This document shows, piece by piece, positions 1 through 29,400 of a stretch of 64,000 bases of DNA. Position 1 is the first letter of the stretch; the number at the start of each line of letters is the position of its first letter. A model generated the notes under the pieces. The model ran no database searches. It had not been told where the DNA came from and worked only from the letters and a program-made list of their open reading frames with translations. The position numbers were made by a program, and so were the translations under genes. Origin of the DNA: Chrysomallon squamiferum (lineage: Eukaryota > Animalia > Mollusca); NCBI GenBank assembly GCA_012295275.1, contig CM022673.1, forward strand, positions 14,198,001 through 14,262,000, in the 5' to 3' direction.

Positions 1-241
1 CACAGCCCCTACTTCCATATGAATAAACCTCTTTGAGTCTGTCAAATTACACTTGTGATAATATATAACAATTTTAGTATTGTCTGCTGTTATACAAGTA
101 AGTAGGTAAAGGCCTAGTAATTAAAAACTAATAAGCCATGACTGTACAATGGCAAAAATGTTTTTAAATCCTAGTCAAGTATAATATATTAGTAGTGATT
201 ATTATTTTTTATACCATGACATATATTATTTTTACTTTCAG

Positions 242-17186
<16,945 letters not shown>

Positions 17187-17641
17187 GTAAGTGTTGTTTT
17201 TGTTTCTATGAACTGAAAATGTACTTAAATTTTTATTACTGTTTGAGGAAGATTGTTCTGTTTAAAAGATAGATTCTGTACCAGCATAAAAATTTAGAAA
17301 AATAAAATCTGTATGGGTAATTATTACATTAGTAGCAAAATATATGTAATATTTTTGTTTTTTAGGGGTTTGATACTTTTAGCTTTATTTGAAGATGAAG
17401 ATAATATTTTTGGAAAAGAAAAAATAGTATTTAAATTTTGTTTTTTAAATTGTTTTTTAGATGATATTATATTATGTTCTAACTGTTGCATGCTATTATT
17501 TTGAAAGGCATTTAAAAAATATATTACACATATTTAATTATTTTAAATGTGTTAACCTTAAAACTAATATAGTAATTCAATTTTTTATTATTATTTATTT
17601 TTTCATGATATTGTAGTATATTTTATTTACATGTATTTCAG

Positions 17642-17959
17642 ATGCAGAGTGTAATACGAAGCGTGGTAACACAAAGACACACTCTCTCACAGTAACAACA
17701 AACTGGCCTGGCAAACTTTTCTGTGCTGCTTACCTCTCTCTACTCGGCATGGTGCAATATCTTTTTTTTTTTTTCAGTTTTCAAACTATTTTTTTTTATT
17801 CTGTGTGTTTGTGTACATCTTACCAAATATTCAGTGAACAGTGCTACGTTTTCAACATGCCAGGATTTGGCTGGACACTTGCAACAAAGCAGTTTTTCTT
17901 GCTGTTTATCACAAATGAATATTCTGAGATGTGTCCATTGATGAGGTTTCTGTCACAGG

Positions 17960-17991
<32 letters not shown>

Positions 17992-20555
17992 AGAACTGTT
18001 GATGACTGTTGAATGTTTGGGAAATGACCAAACACCATGTGTTTTTATGAAGTTTGATTCAATATTTCAGTTCTACAAAAACATTAATAATAAAAAATGA
18101 AACAAACAATATTGCTTACTATATTGCTTCAAGAAGAATATAACAAGTGAAATATCTGTACTATTTGTCATTTCCTGAACTTATTTTCTTTTAGTAATGG
18201 AAAGGTAGCATAGCCAGGTTTTCTGCAGTGAAATTAAATATTGCTTATTGGTGGCAGTAATTCATTGTTCACCGTTTACCAGTAATGTTCCTTATACTGT
18301 CATTAAAGGCATTTCATTACAGGATATAAACATTTCTTTGATTGGTAGAAAGGTATGCAGACTTTCAGATGAAGTACAGCTTTCAGTTTTATCAGTTTTT
18401 TGTCTCAGTAATGTTTTAACTTAATTCCATCAATGTGAAATGATTTCAGCTGCCAGTTAATTCATTTAAATAATTTATATACATGACAAATAAAATAGAG
18501 ACCTGGACAGATAACCAAAGTGAAAGGTCTAATGTGCTTGTTTAGATGTTGCATTTAGCAAAGATGATGTCAGTAAACCTTTTATTGGTCCAAAAAAGCA
18601 AATGGTAAAGCATTTCAAGTGTAAAGGAAAAGAGATGTATTTGGCAGCTGAAATTATCAGACACCATTCCACATCTTTTCTGTAGTTTGAACAGAATACA
18701 CTATATGTCACGTTATCAAGTAGATATTTGACACAAAACTGATTTCAATGAAAATATTAAAGTTTTTGCTGTAAAGATTGTGTACAAATATTGCTCTATC
18801 AAACATGTTCGGCATTGTCCTTTTGTCACTAGTACTTCACAGCTGTTTTAACTGATCTACAAAGATAGCTTGAAGAAATGATTTAACTGAAAATTGTAAT
18901 ATGTAGATAAGTATCTGTATTTTACATCAGGAAGACCGTTCAGTATAGTCTGCAGTGTTTGTCAGGCCAACTAGGCATTCCACTACTAGATGTTTTAATC
19001 AAAGACTGACTCTTACTTCAATATTAACAGTAGTAGACTCCACTAAATGTTGTTTTATTATGCAAACTTTTTGTCTTCTCTAATTTATTAGTGTAGTTTT
19101 CTTTTCTTTTTTTCCGAAGGGAGTAGGATTAACAATTTACTTTCAGTGTTAACATTTAGAAAGTTCTAAGACAAACAAATTTCTCATTTTTTAATTATCT
19201 TGAACCAAAATATTTAAATCTGATGAAATGTGTTGGTTTTTTTGTGTCATATTTAAAACTGATGTTCAGCTTTTTAGATTTAAAGCATTATTTAAAAAGA
19301 AAATATTTATTATTTATTGATGTACAAAAGTTACCATGTTCAGATGGGAATAAACTTATCTGCAGTGAATTGGCTTCCCAACAAAACACTTCATTTCGGG
19401 TTGAAGTTTCTACGAGATTTGGTCAATGTTTCGAGCTGTTGGGAAGTGTAAATGTTTGGGAAGATTTCATTGTGGTAACTAACTTATATCTCTGTGTGTG
19501 AATATTTGTGTGCGTGTTACTGTAACTGGTAGTGTGATTATATCAGTTTATTTTATGCATGGCTGCTTTATTACCAAATGTGTGTGACTGCTTCTTCAGA
19601 CAGTATCTTCTGTATTTTGTACCAGACAAACTAGAACTAAGCTAATAAAAGTCCACAACTGAAGATTTTTTTTTTTTTACATTTCACCATCATTTTCAGT
19701 CATTTCCCATAAAAACAAAGAAGGTGGAAGTTGTGAATAGCACGTGGTATTTGGCTTTTTGGTGGTTACTTCTTCCATGCATCCGTTCATCTGACAGTCA
19801 CCAATAACCTTTGTTCTTGTCTTTTGTTTTTACCAGTTTAAGTAAAAATAATATTCTCAATAAATATTTAAATTAATATTATTATAATGTTCCTAACAAA
19901 GCATTAACAGGGTTAGATGTGTGTTCTGTAACCTTGGATCAAGATCATCATTGGAAACTTAAAAACACTAAAAATTTAAACTTAACAGTAGTTTAGTTTC
20001 CTTGACAGAATGAATCCCGGGGTATTTACAAGTCTTTCATTATAATCTGTATTTATCCCATTTATTCCCATTGTTATATTTTAATTATTGTATGCCCAGT
20101 GTGTATTTATTTGTGTAGATTGGTTTCTTGCCATTGTACATAGCAGTAAGGGAAATGTACTTTAATATGTATGTAGTGTTGCCTTGTAGCTCCAGGTTGT
20201 GGTAACTTTTGACAGTGCACAATGGTAAAACATTTTCCTATCATTTTCCATCAAACTTTCCTCTTGTAGGTAATTAGAATAAGAAACTGCTTTTGCTTTA
20301 AAATGTTGTGAAGTTGTTTTTTAAATTTTCAAAGACATTAAATGTCGTTCACCAGTACAAGGGTTGAAACAACTAGTCAGCCGTTTCCTACTTCATGAGA
20401 TTTATGTTTATTGTGTTAAAGTGAAATCATGCCTGCTAAATGCTTGAAACAAAGGTTCACTAAGTTGTCGCTTGGTGTATAAGAAATAAAATTAGTTAAA
20501 ATGTGCACTTTGTTCATAGCTTATTCAGCACAATAAACAACTCCATCAGTACTGT
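17642..20555 (+). other. KHC: KHC terminal exon / long 3' UTR (3' end approximate)
   Basis: Pyrimidine-rich acceptor tatttcag at 17641; first base A completes TAA; non-coding, less low-complexity than introns; AATAAA at 20532 followed by a GT-rich tract. Confidence 0.55.
20532..20537 (+). terminator. Candidate KHC polyadenylation signal
   Basis: AATAAA followed ~15-45 nt later by gtgttgtagtttttatttttgtgtttt; a second AATAAA lies at ~20485. Confidence 0.4.
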
Positions 20556-20564
20556 GTTGTAGTT

Positions 20565-20570
20565 TTTATT
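20565..20570 (-). terminator. Candidate MED24 polyadenylation signal
   Basis: tttatt on + (AATAAA on -), ~300 nt after the MED24 stop. Confidence 0.4.
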
Positions 20571-20867
20571 TTTGTGTTTTAATGACAGACTGAAATACGT
20601 TCCTTTTTTTTTTTTCCTGTTTTTAATTAATAAATCATGGTATTATTTGAAAAAGATTCCAGTAAAATGTAACACCATTTTTTACAGGTGTACTTGTTCA
20701 CATCACCTGTCAATACAGGGCATTTTTAAAATGTTTCTGTAATCAGTTCAGAGAGAGAGGGTCTACCTGCTGACATCATCATTACAACACTGAAGTGAAG
20801 TGCTGAGTTCCAGACTGGAGTCTTGTAACAGTGTTTATCCATGTGTCGCTTCACACACAATTGCATC

Positions 20868-21002
20868 TCACTGTTTTGTTTTTGAATTGTGACACACAGC
20901 TTTGGCAGCAATGTTCCTCCCAGACAGTGTGGTCAGATCACAGATTTGCAGAATCTGAGCATTGCTGTACACACCTGGCATCGTTTTCAGTATCTGCAGC
21001 AG
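20868..21002 (-). CDS. MED24: MED24 last coding exon
   Basis: LLQILKTMPGVYSNAQILQICDLTTLSGRNIAAKAVCHNSKTKQ*. Confidence 0.9.
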   Translation of the reverse strand: MLQILKTMPGVYSNAQILQICDLTTLSGRNIAAKAVCHNSKTKQ

Positions 21003-24000
21003 CTGAAACCAGTTAATCAGAATATAAATACCTAATTATGCAGTTTCTTAAACTAAACAATCTAAATACAGATAATAATTATGTCACATCTTAAACAATA
21101 AAAATATTTGTTTTCAGTCACAGCAAAAAAAAAAAAAAAAAAAAATAAGGCTTTAATTTTATATTGTCTAATTGTATTATAATTAAATTGTCTAAAGTAA
21201 AAAAAAATAAAATTCTAAATATTCAGATTTTTACCAAAAAAAATCTGACCACCTCTGACAGAAATAAAGTAAATGGACAAACCATGTCATGAGGCATGAA
21301 CTGCAGGATGTGTCTGGCGTACTGCATTCCACACTTGACTGCTTCCTCAACAAAGGAAACAACAAAACCAGTCCTGGGAGTCAGACTGCTGTGATGTACA
21401 ATAGCATTCATCAAATTGAACAGATTCACTGAAATAAGCAAACATTTAAAAATAATACGTATAAAATATTTACAAAAATAAACTATGGAGATTTTAATTC
21501 AATTTGTTCACAAAGGCATGGAAACAGATCTGACACAATGGATGCAAGACAATTTGGTACAAGAACTAAGTAAAATTGAGTAATTCTTGAGATACACACC
21601 TCAACATCAGAGTGGCATATAATATGGCTACATTTTAAAACTACACAATGACAAAAAAGTGAAATTCTTATGTTTAATAAACTGCTTACTCAGTGCTTTG
21701 TTCACTGGCTCCTTGGTGTCCAGGATTGGTGATGTTTCACCATCTTCTTTCACAGCAATGTCCTCTGTGAAATACAATCAAAAACTTCAACATTAGCCTT
21801 TACATTACAAAAATCAAGTCACAATACTTAACTCTAGCACTGAAAAATGTCATGTAGTTTTTAGAAGGTTACATAAATATCTCTCTACTGATAAAAAAAC
21901 AATTAATCATGAATTTATCACTTACCAAAGTTGTAACCCTCTGAGTGTAGTGTAAGTTGTGGTTCACTGACTCTCGAATCTTCGCAGGTCGAAGTTCACT
22001 TTCATCCTGTTCCTGAGACAAATATTACACAAAAAGATTTGACATTTTACATTTTAATTAAAGCAAGATGTCGTCTTAATAACTTGTAGAATATTTATCT
22101 AAAGAATAATGTGCTTTCCCATCTACGTGAAACTTTTATGAAAGGTCCGTCATGCTGAACAGATTTTTTTTTGTAAGTTGTCACACTAGCAGTATTAAAA
22201 TGAATGTTATGAAATTCTTATGTGGTTTATTCTAAAAATAAAACTGACAAATGTTAAATTTTAATTAATTTTAATGCCTGAATTCGAATGAATGAATGAA
22301 TGTTTTAATGACACTCCAGCACAATGTTTGAATCCATAAATATAACTGTTTTTGTGTTTTTCTGTACTCAACTACACCAGCACTGTATGTACTTGAGCCC
22401 AAGGCCTAAATGTGAAATCTCACTAATAGTTTCTGTAACATTAACTTATCAACTTACCTCCAGCTCAACTTCTTTTCTTGATCGCTTCCTGCCTCTGCGG
22501 ACGAATGGTTCTGAAATTACAGATTTAAAATGAAATACAATGCCATACTGAAGATATACTATCATTATGAAATTAAACTAACTGAAAGCAAATGCATCGT
22601 TTTTGTGACTATTTTATAAATATTTTACTTACATTAACAAAATGAACATTCCATGTATTTTCTAATTACATACATTAATAATATTTCACAATGAGTTATA
22701 AAAATGAAATAATGATAGAAATGCAACTTTGAAAATTTTAATATAAAATATTCCATATCATCAAAAACAATAATAATGAAAGAAATTTTTGAAGAGCTGA
22801 TACATTTAATATCAAATTTGAAATATTCTACAACAATTTTCTTGAAACAAGAAAAGATTATCTACCTTTGTGAGCAGTTTTTGCCACCTGAGCGGCAGTG
22901 ATGCACATGACACAGAGTTTAGCGAGAGTGTAGCCGCGTGGGTTTGTCAACATGTACTGTTTGGAGCGTGCGTGCAGGATGCGGGGGATGGTGTGTAACA
23001 ACAACGCCTGCGTCAAATGTTCCAGGTCCATGTGAAACATCGCAAACACCAGACTGAGAGCCTGACATAGAGATTCGTTAGTGTTTGTCTGCAGCATTTG
23101 CTGTGAATAAACAAACACTGGATTTGTTACAGACAGTAAACACTGGATCATTAATAAACAGCAGATTTATTATAGAACATAAACTCTGGGTGTTACAGAA
23201 ATAAAAATACTGTGTTTTTACACAAACACTAGATTTGTTATAATAAATAAACTCTAGAATTTGGGGTGTAAAACATAAACACACTAAATTTGTTATGGAA
23301 CATAGATAATTACAAGATTTCTTGAACATCAACACCAGATTTGTTCAGAAATATAAACACCAGATTAGTTACAAAAATAAATAAACCCAGAAAGACCTAC
23401 ATTCCTTAATCAATCGAATCTGACTCGGAATTTTTCGTATTAAGTCATCATATTTGTTTATTCCTTTTCCATGAAATCAGTATAAAAATGGGATATGAAT
23501 TGTATTAAGTGGGTTTATTAAAGGTGTGCATTACCGACTGTAGATGATCACTCTGTTACATTCACATAACTGTTTAAACAGAGAAATACACTCACCACAA
23601 CAACTCGCTCACAGAACCAGTCAGACCCACACAGACTGAGCAGCTGTTCTACAGTGTGAAGCGAGTGCAGGTCAATCCAGCCCTTGTCAAAAATCTGCTG
23701 CAAGGTTTTCTCCAGGACCTGGCTGGGCAGGGACTTGGCAGGGACGTACACAGTGAGAGAAGAACGCTGTGGATGGCTTTGTGGCAAAATATCGTTGATT
23801 ATTCGCTCAATGACAATGTTCATCAGATGAGTGCGACTGGAAATATTCCAAAATTAAATTCAGATTTGAAGTGTACAGAGAAACAGCATGCATGTATTCA
23901 GTATACTATCTGAAGAATTAGTGTTCTGTTTCTGTTTAGAGACAATACAACAAATCTGCAATAATTAAAAAATATCCCAAGTGAAAGTATATAAAATCTT

Positions 24001-25960
24001 TTTAAGCCAGTTCATGTATAATTTCATTATATGAATAATAAAAATTAAATACAGTGTATAAGTTATAAGATGTGCATGTTGCTGAAATTTGTCAAATATA
24101 ATTTAATGATATGTCAATAAATACATAAACCACTGACAGATAAATTCGTAGATACAGAATATGTAGGTACACAATATACTGTATAAAATATTAATCTAAT
24201 AATTTAAGTTTAAAACACAATATATAGATATGTAGTAGTGAATTAAACATATTCTAAAAGAGTATGAAGATATTAAAAAAGTATTGTTACAAGTTTAGCA
24301 CATAAAAGACTTTCACTCACCTGTCTGGCTGGGTTGTGGTGTCAGGTTTAAACTTGGTAGCTAGATGTTCTAACATGGCCAATGGTTTCTCTCTTGCCTC
24401 CTCCACCACTGTGTTCATGTAACTACACAGCCACACACACACCACAACAGACAGACAACACATCCGATTCTTAACATTGTCCAGAAATAACTACATTCAA
24501 TAAAAATAGAAATTAAATTAAAATTTGTAACATCTAGTCAGGGATCATAAATTTATTTTAATTTGGAACATTAAATTTTATTATATCAATTTAAGGTGTT
24601 TGAACTAAAAAAGGAAAAATAAATGTTTTCAAACATCCAATACTAATTTGTATTTAAAAAAAGGTGATTTTTTTAAAGCATTTTACCCTATTTGTAAACT
24701 CTTTATTAAACATATTCAAAATAGCCAATATATTATAGAAATTATGGAAATCAATAAAATCACTCTGTTAATAAATAAAGATAAAACATACTCTTGAATA
24801 ATTTTTTACAACCAATATCTTTAACTGACCCTGACACTGTCAAAAGTGATAGCTTCGTGTTCCCAGGCAAACAGAACTTCCTGAATGGCAAATGGTGTGT
24901 TGAGACAAACATCATGCCATCTTGTCAAACTACAACAACAAAATAATCATATAACTTTTATTTAGAAGAAAAGATAAAACTAACCACACTGCACTGATCA
25001 AGTAACACTGCACTGACTTGTATGACATGCATAACTTGAATATTAGCATTCAACACTGAAGATCATGTTTGTCTTCACAGAAAAAGGAAAACAAAGTTTA
25101 ATGTTTAACTAAAACAAATTATATGAAGTTTATTTTTATTTGAGTAAGCAAAATGTATAAAGAATCATATAAAATGTATTTATTTACAACTTTCAGACTG
25201 ACCTGTATCAAATATATTTATTTTAATTCTTTTTGATATATTTGTTTTTAATTTTTTTTCTTTTTTTTCTTCTATCTTATCCTACTGCCTTGTTTGTGTA
25301 TTTATTTGTTAAGTCATACTTTGTTCGAAGGTCCCCTCCTGAAGAGAACTGGTTTAACAGACTGTCTACTTTGGCTGGGTCGTTGGGCAGACAGTTCTCA
25401 ATGTTCTTGTACTTTCCATCCTCTGGCAGCCATCGATGTGCCCACTGCACGATGAACGAATCACTCGTCTCTTTTAGCGATGACACAATCTAAACACACA
25501 AAAATACACACACAACTTTCTTTCAGTATAAAACCAGAAAAAATTGCCAACTCTTTTAGTGATACACAGTCTGAATCGATACATAAACAAACAACAAAAT
25601 TACATACATATCTGGCAGGTAGTATAAACTACACTAACACCCTGTTAATCATTGTCCTTTGTAAGAACTAGAAAAATACCCACCAAAAATGTCCTTCATT
25701 TGCAAGACTGGATATATTTTAAATATACTCTATACAGTATCTTCTATGTCAGTCTTCCTATCTATCTACCTATTTATCTGTTTGTTGATTATAGAGTTAA
25801 CATTACTGGTAGAACTTACTGCTTTCAATGTTTATTAAAGTTTGTGTTCAAAATATCAAATATGATCTCTCTCTCTCTCTCTCTCTCTCCCTCTCACCAT
25901 CTCTCTCCCCACCTCTCTCCCCCTCTCCCTCCCTCTCCCTCCCTCACTCACACACACACA

Positions 25961-25998
<38 letters not shown>

Positions 25999-26413
25999 AT
26001 AGTTTAGTAAGATACAAACCTCAATTCCATACAGCTGTATGATGTGACACAACATTAGAAACGTGACATCAAAGAGCTGGGCTCGAATCTGTGCAGCCTT
26101 CACTCCCTCCCCACACGCCTGTCTCGCAAACTCATTAATTCTGAAATCATTTATTAAAAACAAACAAGGATAAAATAAAATCAAAAGGATAGTTTCTAAG
26201 GATAGTTTCCAAGGAGAATATAGATGTTGTGAGAGAATCAGGATTGAGGTGACTTCAACTATTATTTCAGTATCGATCGTCATTAGTCATAATTTTCTCT
26301 GACAACATCATCAACAAACACACCACACAGAATTACTTACTGTACCTTTATTACAGCTCAGCCAAAAACACAAATAATTTACAATTAAAAATAATTATTA
26401 TTTATATAAGTAC

Positions 26414-26461
<48 letters not shown>

Positions 26462-29400
26462 AAGCAGGATATATTTTGTAAAAATTTAGAAAACAATACT
26501 TATCCTTATTGATAAGTCTTAGAAGTGAAATGTTATGAATTATTCATACATTAGGAAGTGTGAAAGTGATACAAATACTTACTTGATCAGTTTGAGTGCG
26601 AAGTTCTGAAGTTCTCCCATAGAAGCTCCTGCAGCCAGAATGATCTCAAAGCTGCGACCAGACAACATGTGATTTAAAATACCAACAAGTGGATCCTGGT
26701 TCTTCTGATAGTCTGCGTCCAGAGTCTGTAACAATGTTTGTCTATCCGTATCAGTCTGTATGTCATACATGTATCTTTAAAAAAATGACTATTCTATTGT
26801 AATTATTTTTATTCATTTGTCATATATTTTGATTTAACAATTTTAAAACAGGATATGATGTAACACAAATTACTGACAGTATTTTACTGCTATTATTATT
26901 TATTTAAATTTACATTAAATATCATCATTAAGAAAACAATAAAAGCATTGCACAGCTTTCTAATGTTAAAAAATCAAAATTTGAAAAGCTTGACAGAAAA
27001 CTAAATACCGAAATAAAACATAAAATGTAGTATTAAATTTATACTGAAATAAAAAGTAAATTCTAATTAGAAAATAATTGTTATTTCATACACAAACAAA
27101 CATCTATCTAGATGTTTTTTTCTAATTAATTTTAAAATGCTCATTTTTCACACACATAAAAAAAGCAAAATAAGCTATCTAACTTTATTTCAAATGAAGA
27201 GTGAAAATATCAAGATGTTAATATATGTGTTATTTAAGATTTGATCTAGTCAGACAACAAAAACAGCTAAGTAAGACTAGATTAGCAAATTTTTATTTCA
27301 AATTTACTACACAATATTAAATAAATAAGTAAACAAGCAAATACTGTTTTATACAATTTTAAAATTATATGTTACTTGTTAGTCATATCTTCATTATTAT
27401 CAAAGCTACTGAACTTCTAAAACTTTTATTTTACTTAGTTTTTTTTTTAAAAACACCAAACTGGTTATTTAAAGTATATTTTCCTGCCTTAGGTCAAGTA
27501 TATATATATATACCTTAGGTAAATATATATATATATATAAAAGACTAAAAGTTATTAAACAATGTAACTGTGCTGCAGCTGTGCTATCCATCAAGTATCA
27601 TGTTTAATGCTTAACTATTAATATAAAAATATGTTGAGTTGTCATTAAATAATAATTCATCAATAATCTGAAACTCATCACTTGGTAGTCAATAAATATA
27701 CAGGTTTTTTGTGGGGTGGAGGGTTTTTCTTTTTTTTAATTTTAAACTTGTGATTTATATAAACTGAAAATAACACTTTATTTTTTACTTAATTAGCAAT
27801 AAAAATAATTTTAAGATCATTTCAAAATACTTTCTGCACCATAACTCAAAAAAACAAATTATTTAAAAAAAGATAAAATATAAGATACATTATATTTCAC
27901 AGCACTTGGTTTTAAATTAATTTTTTTAAAACTGATTAGTAAATATAGTTATGAAGACGTGAAATTGTCTAAATGTCTATAAATCTACAACTAACACTTT
28001 CTTTTATGTTCATTTCAATTTCTAAAGTGCAAACAATTACAAACTAGCAGTACTGAAGAGCTAAGGATGCTAAAATGTTCATAAAACAAAAGTGCAGTTA
28101 AAACAACACAAGTGCTAAAATAAACAAGTTTACAGCAACAAAAGAAAAAAGCAAAAAGCACTGAGCCAGCAGTGTAAGGAAACTACCTCTACCTTCAGTA
28201 TTGATATTACCGTCATTTCAGCGCGCATTATTAAAGAAGTTGTACTGCTACCTGCAGTTGTCTCCGGAAGACGCAGCTTTTCTTTCTCAGCATTGCTGAA
28301 ATGTCAGACACTAATACATAAATTTACTGTTATCTGAAATCACATTAATTTACTGTTATCTGAAACACTAAACAGACTTATAACAAAGTGTAATTATCAA
28401 TTCAGCTGTAATCATGTTCTTTTTGAAAAAGTTCTTTTTCTGTGTTGAATAGACTTATAACAAAGTGAAAAGCAATTCAGCTGTAATCATGTTCTTTTTG
28501 AAAAAGAGAAAATATTAAATTATATAGTTCTGTGTTGAATAGACTTATAACAAAGTGTAATTATCAATTCAGCTGTAATCATGTTCTTTTTGAAAAAGTG
28601 AAAATTTTAAATTATTTAGTTCTATGTTTAACATTATAGTGTAGTTACCGTCTCTGAAGTAAATGTTCTTTTTGCATCTCAGACAGGAGTTCAAATCTGA
28701 CACACTGCTTGAGTAACTCTCCCACACAGTCATATCTGGGTTAAAAAAAAAGCATGCTAACTGTTACCACAAAAAAACAAATCACAGAACTCAGTTTTGA
28801 TTAACTATAATCACAAAAAAAACAAAGGAAAAAAGATAGAGAAAAGAACGAAAAGAAGAAACAAAATAGGAAGGAAGAAAAAGAAAGCTGAAAGATTTTA
28901 ATGAGAATAAAAATCTTTTAACTAAATAAGATGCTGGCTAACAAATAAAATTTAAAAAAAAGTATTACTGACAAAATCATAATTAATAGGTATATTATAC
29001 AACAAAAAAAAAAAAGACTGTAATATATTTGAATAAATAAGTGTATGAATGTTATTTTTAACATCATCAAAACATTTTAATATTAATGGTTATCGCATAT
29101 AAAAGCAAAATGATCTCTGTATTATAATGACACAAAAAGAAAATGTGTTATACTCAGAAAACTGAAAGTGAAAGATGAGAACAAACTTCTGTTTGATGTC
29201 AGTGAGGTCCAGAAGATGGATGTAGTTGAGGAAAAGTTCAAATCCCTGCTCTAACTCAACTCTGAAATCCACTCCTATAGTCTGCTGCTGCATCTTTGTC
29301 AGAATGTGTGGCATCTAGCAAAGTATCCAGCAATAAATTAAAATCAGCAGTAATATTATAAAATATTAAAATATCTAGAAATAACCAATAATGTTATAAA

